Below are positions 1 through 9,920 of a stretch of 64,000 nt of DNA, piece by piece. Made by a program: the position numbers and the translations under genes. This DNA comes from an uncultured Chloroflexia bacterium (lineage in GTDB: Bacteria > Chloroflexota > Dehalococcoidia > DSTF01 > JACRBR01): the NCBI GenBank assembly GCA_963743185.1, contig CAVUOT010000002.1:261781-325780 (forward strand), given 5' to 3'. Every line of letters starts with the position of its first letter. The first letter of the stretch is position 1. The notes beneath the pieces were generated by a model. The model was given only the letters and a program-made list of their open reading frames with translations. It ran no database searches and was not told the origin of the DNA.

Positions 1-914
1 GCGCCGAATTGATCCGCGGGCAGTGGCGCCGAGCCTGGCCACGTGTGCCCGCCGCCCAGAAGCGTGTAGAGCAGCGCATCACCGTCGCCTAGCCGGCAGC
101 GCAAGAACGTCGAGAGTTCGACCGCCGCCGCCGGGCGTGAGATCGTCGGAAGCCCGTCGCAGCCGAGTGCGCGCGCCCATTCCGACACGCTGCGTCGCAC
201 CGGCGGGAACGTACCGCCGCCGACGGCCGCAGGCAGCGCGCCGCCTTCGAACGGCGCGAGCGCGTCGGCCGTGCCGTGGAACGCGATCATCGGCACAGCC
301 GCGGTGCACGAAGCGTTCGGAGATGCCACGACGCCGATCGCCGCGATCCGGTCTGGCAGATCGCAGGCGACGACGCGGCTCATCGCCGCCCCGTCGGAGA
401 ACCCCGCCACGAACGTCATGTCCGTGTCGATGCACAGCTCGGTATCGAGCGTCGTCAGCAGGTCGGCGACGAACTGGACGTCGTTCGGCTCGTTGGCCGC
501 GTTCCGCCAGTTCCAGTGCGGCGGGGTCCCCGCGCCATCCGGCGCTACGACGACGAAGCCTCTCTCGTCGCCCAGCGCGCCGAGCTTGGTGTAATCGAGC
601 ATCTGCTTCGCGCCGAACCCGTAGCCGTGCAGCGCGACAACGGCCGGCGTCTGTTTCGATCCGTCGTAACCGGTCGGTATGTGCACGATGTACGTTCGCG
701 AGGTACCGCCGCTCGTAATCGTCTGACTTAAGTCACCGGCGGGGCGAGCGCGTGACGGAGTGCAGGCGTTTGCCTCGGGGGAGGGCGTGGACGCCGTGGA
801 TGACGGGGTGTGTGTCGCTGAGACTGCCGCGCCGCCACCACCGCAGGCTGCCGCGAACGTAATCAGCCCCAAAGACAGCGCGAAAAGTATGCGGATCACG
901 GCGTATGGTAGCAC
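1..914 (-). CDS. Secreted esterase of the PHB-depolymerase/LpqC-like family (C-terminus lies beyond the window start).
   Basis: My own translation of the minus strand, because this ORF is not in the track (it has no stop inside the window). It reads ...LITFAAAC GGGG..., a lipoprotein-type signal, then TSRTYIVHIPTGYDGSKQTPAVVALHGYGFGAKQMLDYTKLGALGDERGFVVVAPDG, with a GFSDG serine-hydrolase motif further down. The most plausible start is a GTG at 914. Confidence 0.55.
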   Translation of the reverse strand, partial: MLPYAVIRILFALSLGLITFAAACGGGGAAVSATHTPSSTASTPSPEANACTPSRARPAGDLSQTITSGGTSRTYIVHIPTGYDGSKQTPAVVALHGYGFGAKQMLDYTKLGALGDERGFVVVAPDGAGTPPHWNWRNAANEPNDVQFVADLLTTLDTELCIDTDMTFVAGFSDGAAMSRVVACDLPDRIAAIGVVASPNASCTAAVPMIAFHGTADALAPFEGGALPAAVGGGTFPPVRRSVSEWARALGCDGLPTISRPAAAVELSTFLRCRLGDGDALLYTLLGGGHTWPGSAPLPADQFG

Positions 915-1067
915 GGACTCGGCCCCAACCTGCCGATAAGGTATGTGGGTTCGGGTAGCAGTGGGGGTCATGGTGCGTCGCGTTCCATGGGACGTTCGGC
1001 ACGCATCTTTGGCTCCCGCAGTTGGATGCGCCGGCAACGGCGCACCCGTCTAGGGGGAGTAACTCGC

Positions 1068-1514
1068 GTGTTTAAGCATCTGCTCGTCACACTGGACGGC
1101 TCGCCGCGGGCTGAGTCCGTCATCCCGCACGCGATCGACATCGCGAAGACCATGGGCGCCGAGCTGACGCTCCTGCGAGTCGTCGACGCGGCCAACTCCG
1201 ACTGGAGTGAGCGCGGCGCGATCGGCAAGAGCCAGGCCGCTTCCACCATTCGGTCGCCCTACGTGGACCAGGCAACGGCGTACCTCGAGCGCGTGGCCGA
1301 GCAGTTGCGCCACGCCGGGGTTACGGCGAATGCCGTGGTGAAGCAGGGCCAGGCGGGCAGGCAGATCGTCGCTACCGCGAAGGAGATCGATGCCGACGCG
1401 ATTGCGATGACCACCCACTCGCGGCGGGGCATCAACCGCTTGATGTTCGGCAGCGTCACCGAGGCTGTCGTCCACGAGTTGCAGGTGCCGATCATCCTGG
1501 TCCACGCCGCCTGA
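1068..1514 (+). CDS. Universal stress protein family (UspA).
   Basis: The product has the UspA fold signature (HLLVTLDGSPRAE...GSVTEAVVHELQVPIILVH). A GTG at 1068 is preceded by a GGGGGAG ribosome-binding site at a spacing of about 7 nt. Confidence 0.8.
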   Translation: MFKHLLVTLDGSPRAESVIPHAIDIAKTMGAELTLLRVVDAANSDWSERGAIGKSQAASTIRSPYVDQATAYLERVAEQLRHAGVTANAVVKQGQAGRQIVATAKEIDADAIAMTTHSRRGINRLMFGSVTEAVVHELQVPIILVHAA

Positions 1515-1770
1515 GCCGCGTCAAGTAGAACCAGGCCATCGAGCAGACCGGCGGAATCCGTTCCGCCGGTCTGCTATGCGTCTTCGAGCTTCGGGCTGAA
1601 CGAGAGACCGGCGATTCTTCATCGTCCCGGATGTTGTCCCGGACGTCCGCGCGCCGATGCGGTCGCCCGGACGGCACCGTTGCGGTCAGCATCGTTCTGA
1701 CGTAGCTTCTCCTCGGCAGGGCCGTACGCCCGCGTCGAATGCCGGGATAGAAAGCGCAAGGTGGAGCGAC

Positions 1771-2829
1771 GTGACGGAGCAGACCGTACCCGGCATCGAT
1801 TTCGAGCGGCTTATGCCGTGGTTCCGCGAGCACGTTGCACCGGTCGGAGCGCTCACCGCCAGGATCATCGGACACGGCCGGTCGAATCTCACCTACCGGC
1901 TCGAGGCCGACGGCCAGGCGTGGGTGCTGCGCCGCCCGCCGCTATCGCACGTCCTGCCGACCGCGCATGACATGAAGCGCGAGTTCCGTGTCATCGCCGC
2001 TCTCGAACCTACAGACGTGCCCGTACCGCACGCCATCGCGCTCTGCGAGGACGTCGCCGTCAACGACGCGCCGTTCTACATCATGTCGTTCGTCGATGGC
2101 ATGGTCCCGACGGACGCTGCCGAAGTCGCCCGCCAGTTCAACGAAGAGCAGCGGCGCCGCATCGGCGAGGAGCTCGTCGACACGCTGGTGCGATTCCACG
2201 CCGTCGACCCCGCGAAGGTCGGGCTCGCCGATTTCGGCAAGCCCGAGGGCTACCTGGGCCGCCAGGTGCGCCGGTTCATCGACCAGCTCGCCCGCTCGAA
2301 GCAGCGCGAACTCCCCGAGCTCGACGAGCTCGCCCGCCGCCTGACCGCGGCGATGCCGCAAGAGTCGGCTCACACGCTCGTCCACGGCGACTACCGCCTC
2401 GACAACTGCGTTCTCTCCAGCGACGGTCACATCGCCGCGGTCCTCGACTGGGAGATGGCGACACTCGGAGATCCTCTCACCGACGTCGGGTTGCAGGTGA
2501 TGTACTGGCCGGAGCGCGGCACCGCGCCCGCCCCGCCCGGTGCGGGCATCGCCAGCGCCTCCGTGCTGACCCTGCCCGGCTTCCCCACGCGCGACGAAGC
2601 GATGCGCCGCTACGCCGAGAAGAGCGGGCGCGACCTCGGCAACCTCGACTTCTATGCCGTGCTGGCGTTCTTCAAGCTCGCCGTCATTCTCGAGGGGATC
2701 CACGCGCGCTTTCTCGAGGGCGGCACGGTCGGTGCCGGGTTTGAGACGATGGCGAACCAGGTGCTGGTACTCGCCCGCCAGGGCATGACCATCGCGAACA
2801 ACTCGTCAATCGTCGCGCTGCGCGGATGA
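1771..2829 (+). CDS. APH-like phosphotransferase (aminoglycoside/choline-kinase fold), of the type commonly paired with acyl-CoA dehydrogenases.
   Basis: Motifs LVHGDYRLDNCVL and LDWEMATLGDPLTDVG are present. The GTG start at 1771 follows an AAGGTGGAG ribosome-binding site. Confidence 0.75.
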   Translation: MTEQTVPGIDFERLMPWFREHVAPVGALTARIIGHGRSNLTYRLEADGQAWVLRRPPLSHVLPTAHDMKREFRVIAALEPTDVPVPHAIALCEDVAVNDAPFYIMSFVDGMVPTDAAEVARQFNEEQRRRIGEELVDTLVRFHAVDPAKVGLADFGKPEGYLGRQVRRFIDQLARSKQRELPELDELARRLTAAMPQESAHTLVHGDYRLDNCVLSSDGHIAAVLDWEMATLGDPLTDVGLQVMYWPERGTAPAPPGAGIASASVLTLPGFPTRDEAMRRYAEKSGRDLGNLDFYAVLAFFKLAVILEGIHARFLEGGTVGAGFETMANQVLVLARQGMTIANNSSIVALRG

Positions 2830-2924
2830 GTGGCGTTCCGCCGATGACGCGGCTTCCGTGTCGAGACCGCGTTGGGGTCGCGCGGACGTCTATTGCCGAC
2901 CTCCGGCGTCCAACCGACCAGAGT

Positions 2925-2999
2925 GGTACCCCCGACAGGACTCGAACCTGTGCCCCTGGCTTCGGAGGCCAGTACTCTATCCACTGAGCTACGGGGGCG
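2925..2999 (-). tRNA. tRNA-Arg(CCG).
   Basis: The minus-strand sequence folds as a cloverleaf: acceptor stem GCCCCCG/CGGGGGT, anticodon stem CTGGC/GCCAG with loop CTCCGAA (anticodon CCG), T-loop GGTTCGAGTCC, and an encoded CCA end. Confidence 0.9.
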
Positions 3000-3006
3000 T
3001 ACACCC

Positions 3007-3012
3007 ACTATA
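3007..3012 (-). promoter_or_regulatory. Candidate -10 hexamer (TATAGT) lying 7 nt upstream of the mature tRNA-Arg 5' end.
   Basis: The minus strand reads ...ggcTTATAGTgggtgt|GCCCCCG. No convincing -35 element is present. Confidence 0.25.
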
Positions 3013-3121
3013 AGCCGTTGCGGCGTCACGGGAAAACACCAGCATCACCCGGACCGCCGTGACAATCGTCCCGCCGGCACCGTCAGAGCGACAATCGACG
3101 CGCCACGCTAGGCTAATCCCC

Positions 3122-4438
3122 ATGGCATCTACCCGCTCAATGCGGCCCGGCGCGCTGACGCGCAGCCTTGGCTTCTGGCAGGTCACCGTCTCCGGCGTCG
3201 GCATCGTCATCGGCGCGGGCATCTACGTGCTGATCGGTGAAGCTGCCAAGGATGCGGGCAGCGCGCTCTGGATCTCGTTTGTTCTCGCCGCCGTGCTCAG
3301 CGCTCTTACGGGACTGAGTTACGCCGAGCTCGCGGGCATGTTTCCGACGGCAGGCGCGGAGTACGAATTCGCGCGGCGCGCCTTCAACGACTTCACCGGC
3401 TTCATGGCGGGCTGGATGATGGTGCTCGCCAACATCATCGCCGCGGCCGCGGTATCGATCGGCTTCGCCCATTACCTGCAGCACTTCTTCGACGTCAATC
3501 TCCGCGCCGGCGCCATCGGACTGCTCGCTGTCCTGACGCTCATCGTCATGAGCGGCGTACAGCGCTCGATCTGGTTCTCAGTCGCACTGGCCGTGCTGCA
3601 GGTCGGCGGGCTGCTGTTCGTCATCGCGTCCGGCGCGCCGCATATCGGCGGCCGATCGCTCATCGAGGGCAGCACAGCGTCCGGCGTGCTCGCGGGCGCG
3701 GCGCTCGTCTTCTTCGCGTTCATCGGCTTCGACGAGATCGTCACGCTGTCGGAGGAGACCCGCGACGCCGAGCGCGTCATCCCGCGCGCACTCCTGCTCG
3801 CTCTTGGCATTTCGACCGTGCTCTATGTGCTCGTCGGGATCTGCGCCGTAAGTCTCATCGGCGCCGACGCGCTTGCCGCCTCTGATCGGCCGCTCGCGCT
3901 CGTCATCGGGCATGACTGGGGCGGCCGCGCATCCGGTATCGTCGCATTTATCGCCCTGGCTTCGACCACGAACACGACGTTGCTCGTGCTGACGGCGGCG
4001 TCTCGGCTGATCTTCAGCATGTCGCGGCGAGGCGCATTGCCGCGTGTGCTGTCCAGCGTCAACACGCGCGGGCACGCGCCGCACATCGCGGCGGGACTGG
4101 CGTTCATCCTCGCGGCCCTGATCGCGCTCAGCGGCAACATCGGGCTCGTGGCGTCCGTCACCGATTTCGCCGTGTACGCGATCTTCATCGCCGTCAACCT
4201 GTCGTTGGTCGCCCTGCGCTACCGCCAGCCTGCCGCGCGCCGGACCTTCGTGGTGCCGCTGCGCATCGGTCGCCTGCCGCTCCTGCCGCTCTGTGGCACA
4301 GCGACCGTCCTCTTGATGCTCGTGTTCCTCGATCCGGCCGCATGGCTCTTCGGCGCTGGCGCACTCGTGGCTGGTGGCATAGCCTGGCTGCTCTTCGCGC
4401 CTGTACGCCGGAGAGCCGCTACGCGATCAGAAACGTGA
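3122..4438 (+). CDS. APC-family amino acid permease.
   Basis: About 12 predicted transmembrane segments, with the conserved N-terminal block GFWQVTVSGVGIVIGAGIYVLIGEAA and the motif FIGFDEIVTLSEETRD. Confidence 0.8.
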   Translation: MASTRSMRPGALTRSLGFWQVTVSGVGIVIGAGIYVLIGEAAKDAGSALWISFVLAAVLSALTGLSYAELAGMFPTAGAEYEFARRAFNDFTGFMAGWMMVLANIIAAAAVSIGFAHYLQHFFDVNLRAGAIGLLAVLTLIVMSGVQRSIWFSVALAVLQVGGLLFVIASGAPHIGGRSLIEGSTASGVLAGAALVFFAFIGFDEIVTLSEETRDAERVIPRALLLALGISTVLYVLVGICAVSLIGADALAASDRPLALVIGHDWGGRASGIVAFIALASTTNTTLLVLTAASRLIFSMSRRGALPRVLSSVNTRGHAPHIAAGLAFILAALIALSGNIGLVASVTDFAVYAIFIAVNLSLVALRYRQPAARRTFVVPLRIGRLPLLPLCGTATVLLMLVFLDPAAWLFGAGALVAGGIAWLLFAPVRRRAATRSET

Positions 4439-5696
4439 CGACCATCGCGATCGCCGCGAGGCCCATCACCGCTACGGTCGCGCCTCCGACCACGTTCGAC
4501 AGCTTGCCGTTCTTGTGCCGGCCGAGCACGCGCTCGTCGTTACTGACGATGAGGATCGCCGCGATCAGGACCGGCGAGGTGACGCCGTTCACGACCGCCG
4601 CGATGAACAGCGCGCGGATGGCGCCCACGCCCGACAGCGCGATCACCAGCCCGATCAGGGTCGATAGCGCGATCACGGCGTAGAACTGAGGCGCCTGAGA
4701 CGGCTGATTCTCGAGCCCCTCGCGCCAGTCGAACACCTCGGCCACGGCGTACGCCGCCGAGCCCGCCAGCACCGGGATCGATAGCAACCCGGTGCCGATG
4801 AAACCGATCGCGAACAACGTCGCCGCGTGATCGCCGGCCAGGGGACGGAGCGCCTCTGCCGCGTCGCGCGCCGTGGTGATCTCGTGGATGCCCGCCGGAA
4901 ACAGCGTCGCCGCCGTCGTCAGCACGATGAAGTAGAACACCACGTTCGCCAGCAGCATCCCGAGATGGGAGTCGATCAGCGCCCGCCGCATCTGCTTTTC
5001 GTTGCCGGGCTCGATGTGGCGGCGGTGCATCTCCTCCACCTCCTCCGACGTTTCCCAGAAGAACAGGTATGGCGAGATCGTCGTTCCGAACACGGCGACC
5101 ACGGTCGTGATGAACGTCGCGTCCCACCGGATCCTCGGCACGAAGGTCGCACGAAGCACCTGCCCCCAGTCCGGCCCTGCGATGAACGCGTCGATGATGT
5201 AGGCGAACAGCACGAGTGTTAGCAGCTTCAGGTAGCTTGCGAAGATCCGGTACGGCACGATGATCTCGGTCGCGGCGATGGCGACGCCCACCGGGATGAT
5301 GACGGCCCTCTCGGATAGCCCGGTGAGGAGATTGATCCCGGCAGCCACCGCGGCGATATCGGCGCCGATGTTCACGGTGTTCGCGACGAACAGGAGCGAC
5401 ACGAGCACCAGCATCAGCCGGCGCGAGTAGTGCCGGCGCAGCACCGACGCCAGCCCGCCTCCCGTCACCAGGCCGATGCGTGCGCACATCTCCTGCACGC
5501 CAGCGTTGAGAGGCAGCGTCAGCAGGCTCGTCCAGAGCAGGCGGTAGCCCGTCTGGGCGCCGGTCACTGAGTACGTCGCGATGCCCGACGGGTCGTCGTC
5601 CGACGCGCCCGTCACGACCCCTGGACCGGGTATGCTCCCGTATCGCCGAAGCGTTCGGGACAGGCGGCCAAGCCGGCTCTGTGGTGCAACGTCCAT
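4419..5696 (-). CDS. mntH: NRAMP-family divalent metal (Mn2+/Fe2+) transporter.
   Basis: Nramp consensus GPGVVTGASDDDPSGIATYSVTGAQTGYRLLW...NAGVQEMCARIGLVTG. The likely start is MDVAPQ at 5696. The 3' end overlaps the convergent permease gene by about 20 nt. Confidence 0.8.
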   Translation of the reverse strand: MDVAPQSRLGRLSRTLRRYGSIPGPGVVTGASDDDPSGIATYSVTGAQTGYRLLWTSLLTLPLNAGVQEMCARIGLVTGGGLASVLRRHYSRRLMLVLVSLLFVANTVNIGADIAAVAAGINLLTGLSERAVIIPVGVAIAATEIIVPYRIFASYLKLLTLVLFAYIIDAFIAGPDWGQVLRATFVPRIRWDATFITTVVAVFGTTISPYLFFWETSEEVEEMHRRHIEPGNEKQMRRALIDSHLGMLLANVVFYFIVLTTAATLFPAGIHEITTARDAAEALRPLAGDHAATLFAIGFIGTGLLSIPVLAGSAAYAVAEVFDWREGLENQPSQAPQFYAVIALSTLIGLVIALSGVGAIRALFIAAVVNGVTSPVLIAAILIVSNDERVLGRHKNGKLSNVVGGATVAVMGLAAIAMVVTFLIA

Positions 5697-5830
5697 CCCG
5701 CCGACCATACGTGAGCGACCCGTGGCGATGCAACTCTTTCCGGGCGGCCGCGTTTCAGTTAACGAGCCTTTTGGCCGCCGCGCAGGATGGGTGTTATAGT
5801 GAGATAACACCCTTTATCAAGAGAGAATCG

Positions 5831-6652
5831 ATGCCACGCAAGAAGCAGGTCGTCCAGGTCAAGAAGCGCCAGAAGTCGTACCGCTCCGGAGAATTCTCCG
5901 GCGACGTCTCCCACATCAAGCCCAAGGGCGCGTTCCGGATCTTCACGAACTACAAGCTGTTCGCGATTATCGGCGTCCTGGTGCTCGGCTCGGGGTTCAT
6001 CATCAGCGCGTACTATCGCAACAATGGCACGACCAGCACCACAAACGGCGTCCGCGGCCAGGGCGTTACCAAGGCTACGCCGGAGTCGGGCGCCACGTCT
6101 GTCACCGGCGCGTCCGTATCGATCAAGCAGTACTCTGCCCCGCCCGCCATGACGATCGACCCGACCAAGGCCTATACGGCGACATTCAAGACCGACAAGG
6201 GCGACGTCACCGTTCAACTCAACGCGAAGGAAGCCCCCGCGACCGTCAACAACTTCGTCTACCTTGCGAAGGACGGCTTCTATAACGGCGTCACGTTCTT
6301 CCGCGTGATCGCGGACAAGGACGGGAGCCTCGCGTTCGCCCAGGCCGGCGACCCCACGGGCACGGGATCCGGCGGACCGGGCTATGAGCTGCCGGTTGAG
6401 AAGACGTCCGAACCGTTTACGGCCGGGGTCCTGGCGATGGCGAAGCCCCAGGAAGCGGGCGCTCCCAACAACGGCAGTCAGTTCTTCTTCGCGCTCAAAG
6501 CCGTGCCGACGCTGGATGGCAAGAACACCGCGTTCGGCAAGGTTACCGCCGGGCTCGACGTCTTGACGAGCCTCACGCCCCGAGACCCGCAGGCACAGCA
6601 GGACCTCGATCCGGGCGCGCGCATCGAGTCGATCACCATAACCGAGTCCTGA
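5831..6652 (+). CDS. Cyclophilin-type peptidyl-prolyl cis-trans isomerase with an N-terminal Lys-rich tail and a single membrane anchor.
   Basis: Cyclophilin core FVYLAKDGFYNGVTFFRV...GSQFFFALKAVPTLDGKNTAFGKV. The N-terminus reads MPRKKQVVQVKKRQK followed by one transmembrane helix. Confidence 0.85.
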   Translation: MPRKKQVVQVKKRQKSYRSGEFSGDVSHIKPKGAFRIFTNYKLFAIIGVLVLGSGFIISAYYRNNGTTSTTNGVRGQGVTKATPESGATSVTGASVSIKQYSAPPAMTIDPTKAYTATFKTDKGDVTVQLNAKEAPATVNNFVYLAKDGFYNGVTFFRVIADKDGSLAFAQAGDPTGTGSGGPGYELPVEKTSEPFTAGVLAMAKPQEAGAPNNGSQFFFALKAVPTLDGKNTAFGKVTAGLDVLTSLTPRDPQAQQDLDPGARIESITITES

Positions 6653-6674
6653 CCCTCCCCCACGCGAGCACAAA

Positions 6675-6708
6675 GCAAAAGGCCGTCGATTGCTCGACGA
6701 CCTTTTGC
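6675..6708 (+). terminator. Hairpin terminator downstream of the cyclophilin gene.
   Basis: gcaaaaggccgtcg-attgct-cgacgaccttttgc forms a 13-bp stem with one mismatch. The A-run on the 5' side and T-run on the 3' side make it potentially bidirectional. Confidence 0.5.
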
Positions 6709-6970
6709 CGTTGGAGGAGGAGGCTGTCTATCGTAGTCAGTCCCCGAAAAAGGGGAGAAAAAACGACTGAAGGCAAACCTTCAGCCGGTCGCACCTTCTC
6801 CCTCTTATGCCTGCGGGGTTAGCTGTCGGGTTCGGCTCAAGGAAGTTCGCCTACGCACGTTATGTGCGATTCACCCCGGAACTTTTGGTTCCCCCGCCTC
6901 GCGTTTCACCGCGAGTTCGGCTTTATTCGGTTGTGCCTCAGCCTATCGAGCCTGCCCGAAAAAGTCAACC

Positions 6971-6989
6971 CGAACCCGCCCCGGGTTCG
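6971..6989 (-). terminator. Hairpin downstream of the GH36 gene.
   Basis: A 7-bp G:C-rich stem (cgaaccc/gggttcg). On the minus strand a ttttt run follows after about 10 nt. Confidence 0.35.
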
Positions 6990-7017
6990 CGCTCCCATCA
7001 CTCTTTCTGCATCTCTG

Positions 7018-9376
7018 TTACGGCGCCGCGAAGCGGATTTCGAGCCGCGCCGGCGCATCCACCGTCGCGTCCACGAAGCATGCGCCGCCGGCGCCGCCGA
7101 CCGTGACTGGCGACCCGTCGAGCACGGCCGACAGCACGTCGCGCCCGCCCGTCGCGACGTAGATTCGCCGCTTGCGGCGGCCGGCTGGCGCGAGCTGAAC
7201 GGACAACACTCCTGCCGCCGCGTCCCACACCTGGCCCGTTATGTCCAGCGCGCCAACGCCGATGTGGGCCGTGCTCCCGACCACGCACGGTACGCCGCCA
7301 TCGGCCGGCCGCAGCGAGACCAGGCGGCAGCCGTGCGGTGCGACCTCTGCGAACGTGAGCGAGCCTTCGAGCAGCGCCCATGTAGCGCTCGGTCCATAGC
7401 TCGAAGGCGTGCCAGCGGCCCGGCGGCAGGGCGAGCGACAGGTCGCGCGCGGCATCGTCGAAGTTGAACAGCCCTACGAGACGCAGCGGGTCGAACTCGC
7501 GCTCAAACGCGATCTCGTACCGCTCGGGCATGTCGCGCTCCATCAGGTCGATGGGAACGGCGGATCGCGGCAGCGGCGGCAGCAGCGTCGAGATTATCTC
7601 AAGCCGCTCCGAAGGCAGGGTCTCGAGCTCGTCGCTCGACAGCATCATGCCGCCCGAGAGGCCGATGACGCTTGCCAGCGTTCGCGTCTCGTCGATCGTG
7701 AGTATCGTCCGGTCCGTCCGCACCAGGAGGCAGTCCGGGTCGTTCGCCCAGAGCCGCCCGTGCATCCAGGATCGCGTGAGCGTATTGCGGATCGCCGTCT
7801 CGGCGCTCAGCGCTACGTCTTCCGGCGTCCGCGGCCGCGGCGTTGGCGCCTGGCGCTCCTCATGCGTCAGCCACCGCCAGAACGGCGCGACGTCAGGGCC
7901 GATGCGGTTCCCGTCGAAGAAGCCGACCGAAGGCGCCATCAGCGACCCGCAGCCCAGGATGAAGCGCTGCGGCCCCACGCCGTCGCGCACGGCCTGCAGC
8001 GCGGCGCGATAGGCGCGGATACGTGTCGTAGCGGGGTCCATGCGTCGCCCGGCTATCGCCGCGCCGAAGAGGAAGTCGATCTTCACGTAGTCATAGCCCC
8101 AGCCGTCGCAGATCGACCGGAACAGCTCGGTCAGCCACGCCCGCGCCTCGGGATTGGAGCCGTCGAGCCCGTAGTTCGCGCGTTGCCAGTTCTGCTGCGC
8201 AAGTACCGGCTCGCCGTCATCGCCGCGCACCACCCAGTCCGGATGCTCCGCGAACGTCTTCGACGACTCCGACAGCAGGAACGGCGCAAGCCACAGGCCC
8301 GGCGTGTACCCGGCCTTCTTGATCTCCGAGGCCAGCCATCCCATCCCGTGCGGGAACTTCTCGTTCACCGTCAGCCAGTCGCCGATGTCGGCCTGGTAGC
8401 CGTCGTCGATCTGCACCGTGTCGAGCGGCAGCTCGCGCCGATGCTGCTCGAGGAACCGCAGGTTGCGGACGATGTCGTCCTCCGTCACGCCGGTGTAGAA
8501 GTAGTACCACGAGCACCATCCGGCCGGCGTCGTTGCCGGGATGCGCGCGCCCATCGCGCGGCCGAGCGCGTCGCCGTAGCGCTCCAGCTGTTCGTTCGGA
8601 TGCCCGGTGACGTCGATGAGCACGCGCTCCGACCACAGCGTCTCGCCAGGCGCCACGCTCGCGCCGTCGGCGAGGCAGCGCACGTCCAGCGCCTTCCCGG
8701 GCGCATCGATGAACACCTGCGTGATGAAATCGTGCGCGGTTACCGCGCCCGCGAGCAGCGAGCGGGCCGAGACGGGGTCGTACAACACGCCCACGTCGTC
8801 CGAGGCGAATCTGCCGGGCTCGGCCTGCGGCGGCTCGGGCGAGAGTTGCGGCGGGGCGCTCCGCACATCGCGCTCGCTGCCGCCGAACGACATCGTCGGC
8901 GCCCACGACTGCCAGCCGTTGCGATAGATGCGCCATTGCGATGGCGACGACGGCAACTGCAGCCGACCTCGCCCCTCGCCGGCCGTCGTGAAGGCGTGCA
9001 GGGCCGCCAGCGGCAGCGGGCGCGCGCCCTGGTTCGTCACGCCGATGCGCGTCACGCAGAACGGATGCGCGTCATATACCACGATCTCGCGCCGCAGCGT
9101 GGCGCCCCGGCGCGGCAGCGACGCGACCAGCGTCAGCCGCCGCCCCTTGCCCAGCGCGTCTTCGTACGGTTGCACGTCGTAGTCGGCACGTTCGAAGTTC
9201 AGCGGCGGCGCATCCGTCAGCTCGACGTACGCCAGCGCCCGTTCCGTCGGCCGGAACGCTCCGTCAAGGCAGACCGGCGAGATCGAGCCGTCGTCCTGCC
9301 GCGTCTCGACGCGCAGCCACTGATTCTGCAGCCACGGCCCGCCTCGTCCGAGGCCCGACGACACTGCCTCCGCCAC
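7018..9376 (-). CDS. GH36-family alpha-galactosidase-like glycoside hydrolase, with an apparent 1-nt frameshift near 7390.
   Basis: Catalytic region CSWYYFY...VQIDDGYQ...GLWLAPF. The true C-terminal beta-sandwich (LLEGSLTFAEVAPHGCRLVSLRP) lies in a second frame (ORF 7018..7455). The junction is at GGCGCTGCT. Confidence 0.75.
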
Positions 9377-9910
9377 CTAGCTCCCCCCTGGCCGCACCGC
9401 CCGGACGCGATGCCTCGTCCGCACTACTCCGCCTCCGGTCGGGACGATGCTGATCGTGCCGTCCACCTCCAACACCGCCAGGCGAACCTCCTTGACGTCG
9501 TCGAATCCGTGCTCCCGCATCGATTGCAGCACCATGTCGTCGGTGAGGCCGGCGTTGGTGATGTGCTTCTCGATGAGCTTGCCGCTGTTGAGGAGGACGA
9601 CGGGCTCACCCTCGAGTGCCCTGCGAAACGCCGGAATGCGGTCGACGCTGAACGCCACGGCGCGGTTGAGCGCCAGCAGCGTCGCCGCCGCCGTCAGCCC
9701 GCCGAGAATCGTGACGTCGCTGCCGACCATCGCGTTCTGCACGGCGTTTGCGATCAAGAGCACCAGCACGAGGTCGAAGGGGGTCATCTGCCCGAGTTGC
9801 CGCGCTCCGGTCACCCGCATGCCGATGACGATGGCGCCGTAGACGATGGCACTGCGGTAGATGATCTCCCAGAAGGGCGCGTGAATGCCGAAGACGTCGG
9901 CAGCGCTCAT
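9377..9910 (-). CDS. DUF421 / YetF-family membrane protein.
   Basis: Two transmembrane segments followed by a soluble C-terminal domain (LLNSGKLIEKHITNAGLTDDMVLQSMREHGFDDVKEV). It abuts the GH36 start. Confidence 0.65.
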   Translation of the reverse strand: MSAADVFGIHAPFWEIIYRSAIVYGAIVIGMRVTGARQLGQMTPFDLVLVLLIANAVQNAMVGSDVTILGGLTAAATLLALNRAVAFSVDRIPAFRRALEGEPVVLLNSGKLIEKHITNAGLTDDMVLQSMREHGFDDVKEVRLAVLEVDGTISIVPTGGGVVRTRHRVRAVRPGGS

Positions 9911-9920
9911 CGCGGCACCG

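Noticed and set aside
6653-7017. tmRNA, RNase P RNA or SRP RNA in the long intergenic region.
   Set aside because: There is no tRNA-like CCA-ending 3' domain, no RNase P P4 consensus (AGGAAAGTCCGG) and no SRP domain-IV motif on either strand. The region is kept only as an unassigned RNA candidate.
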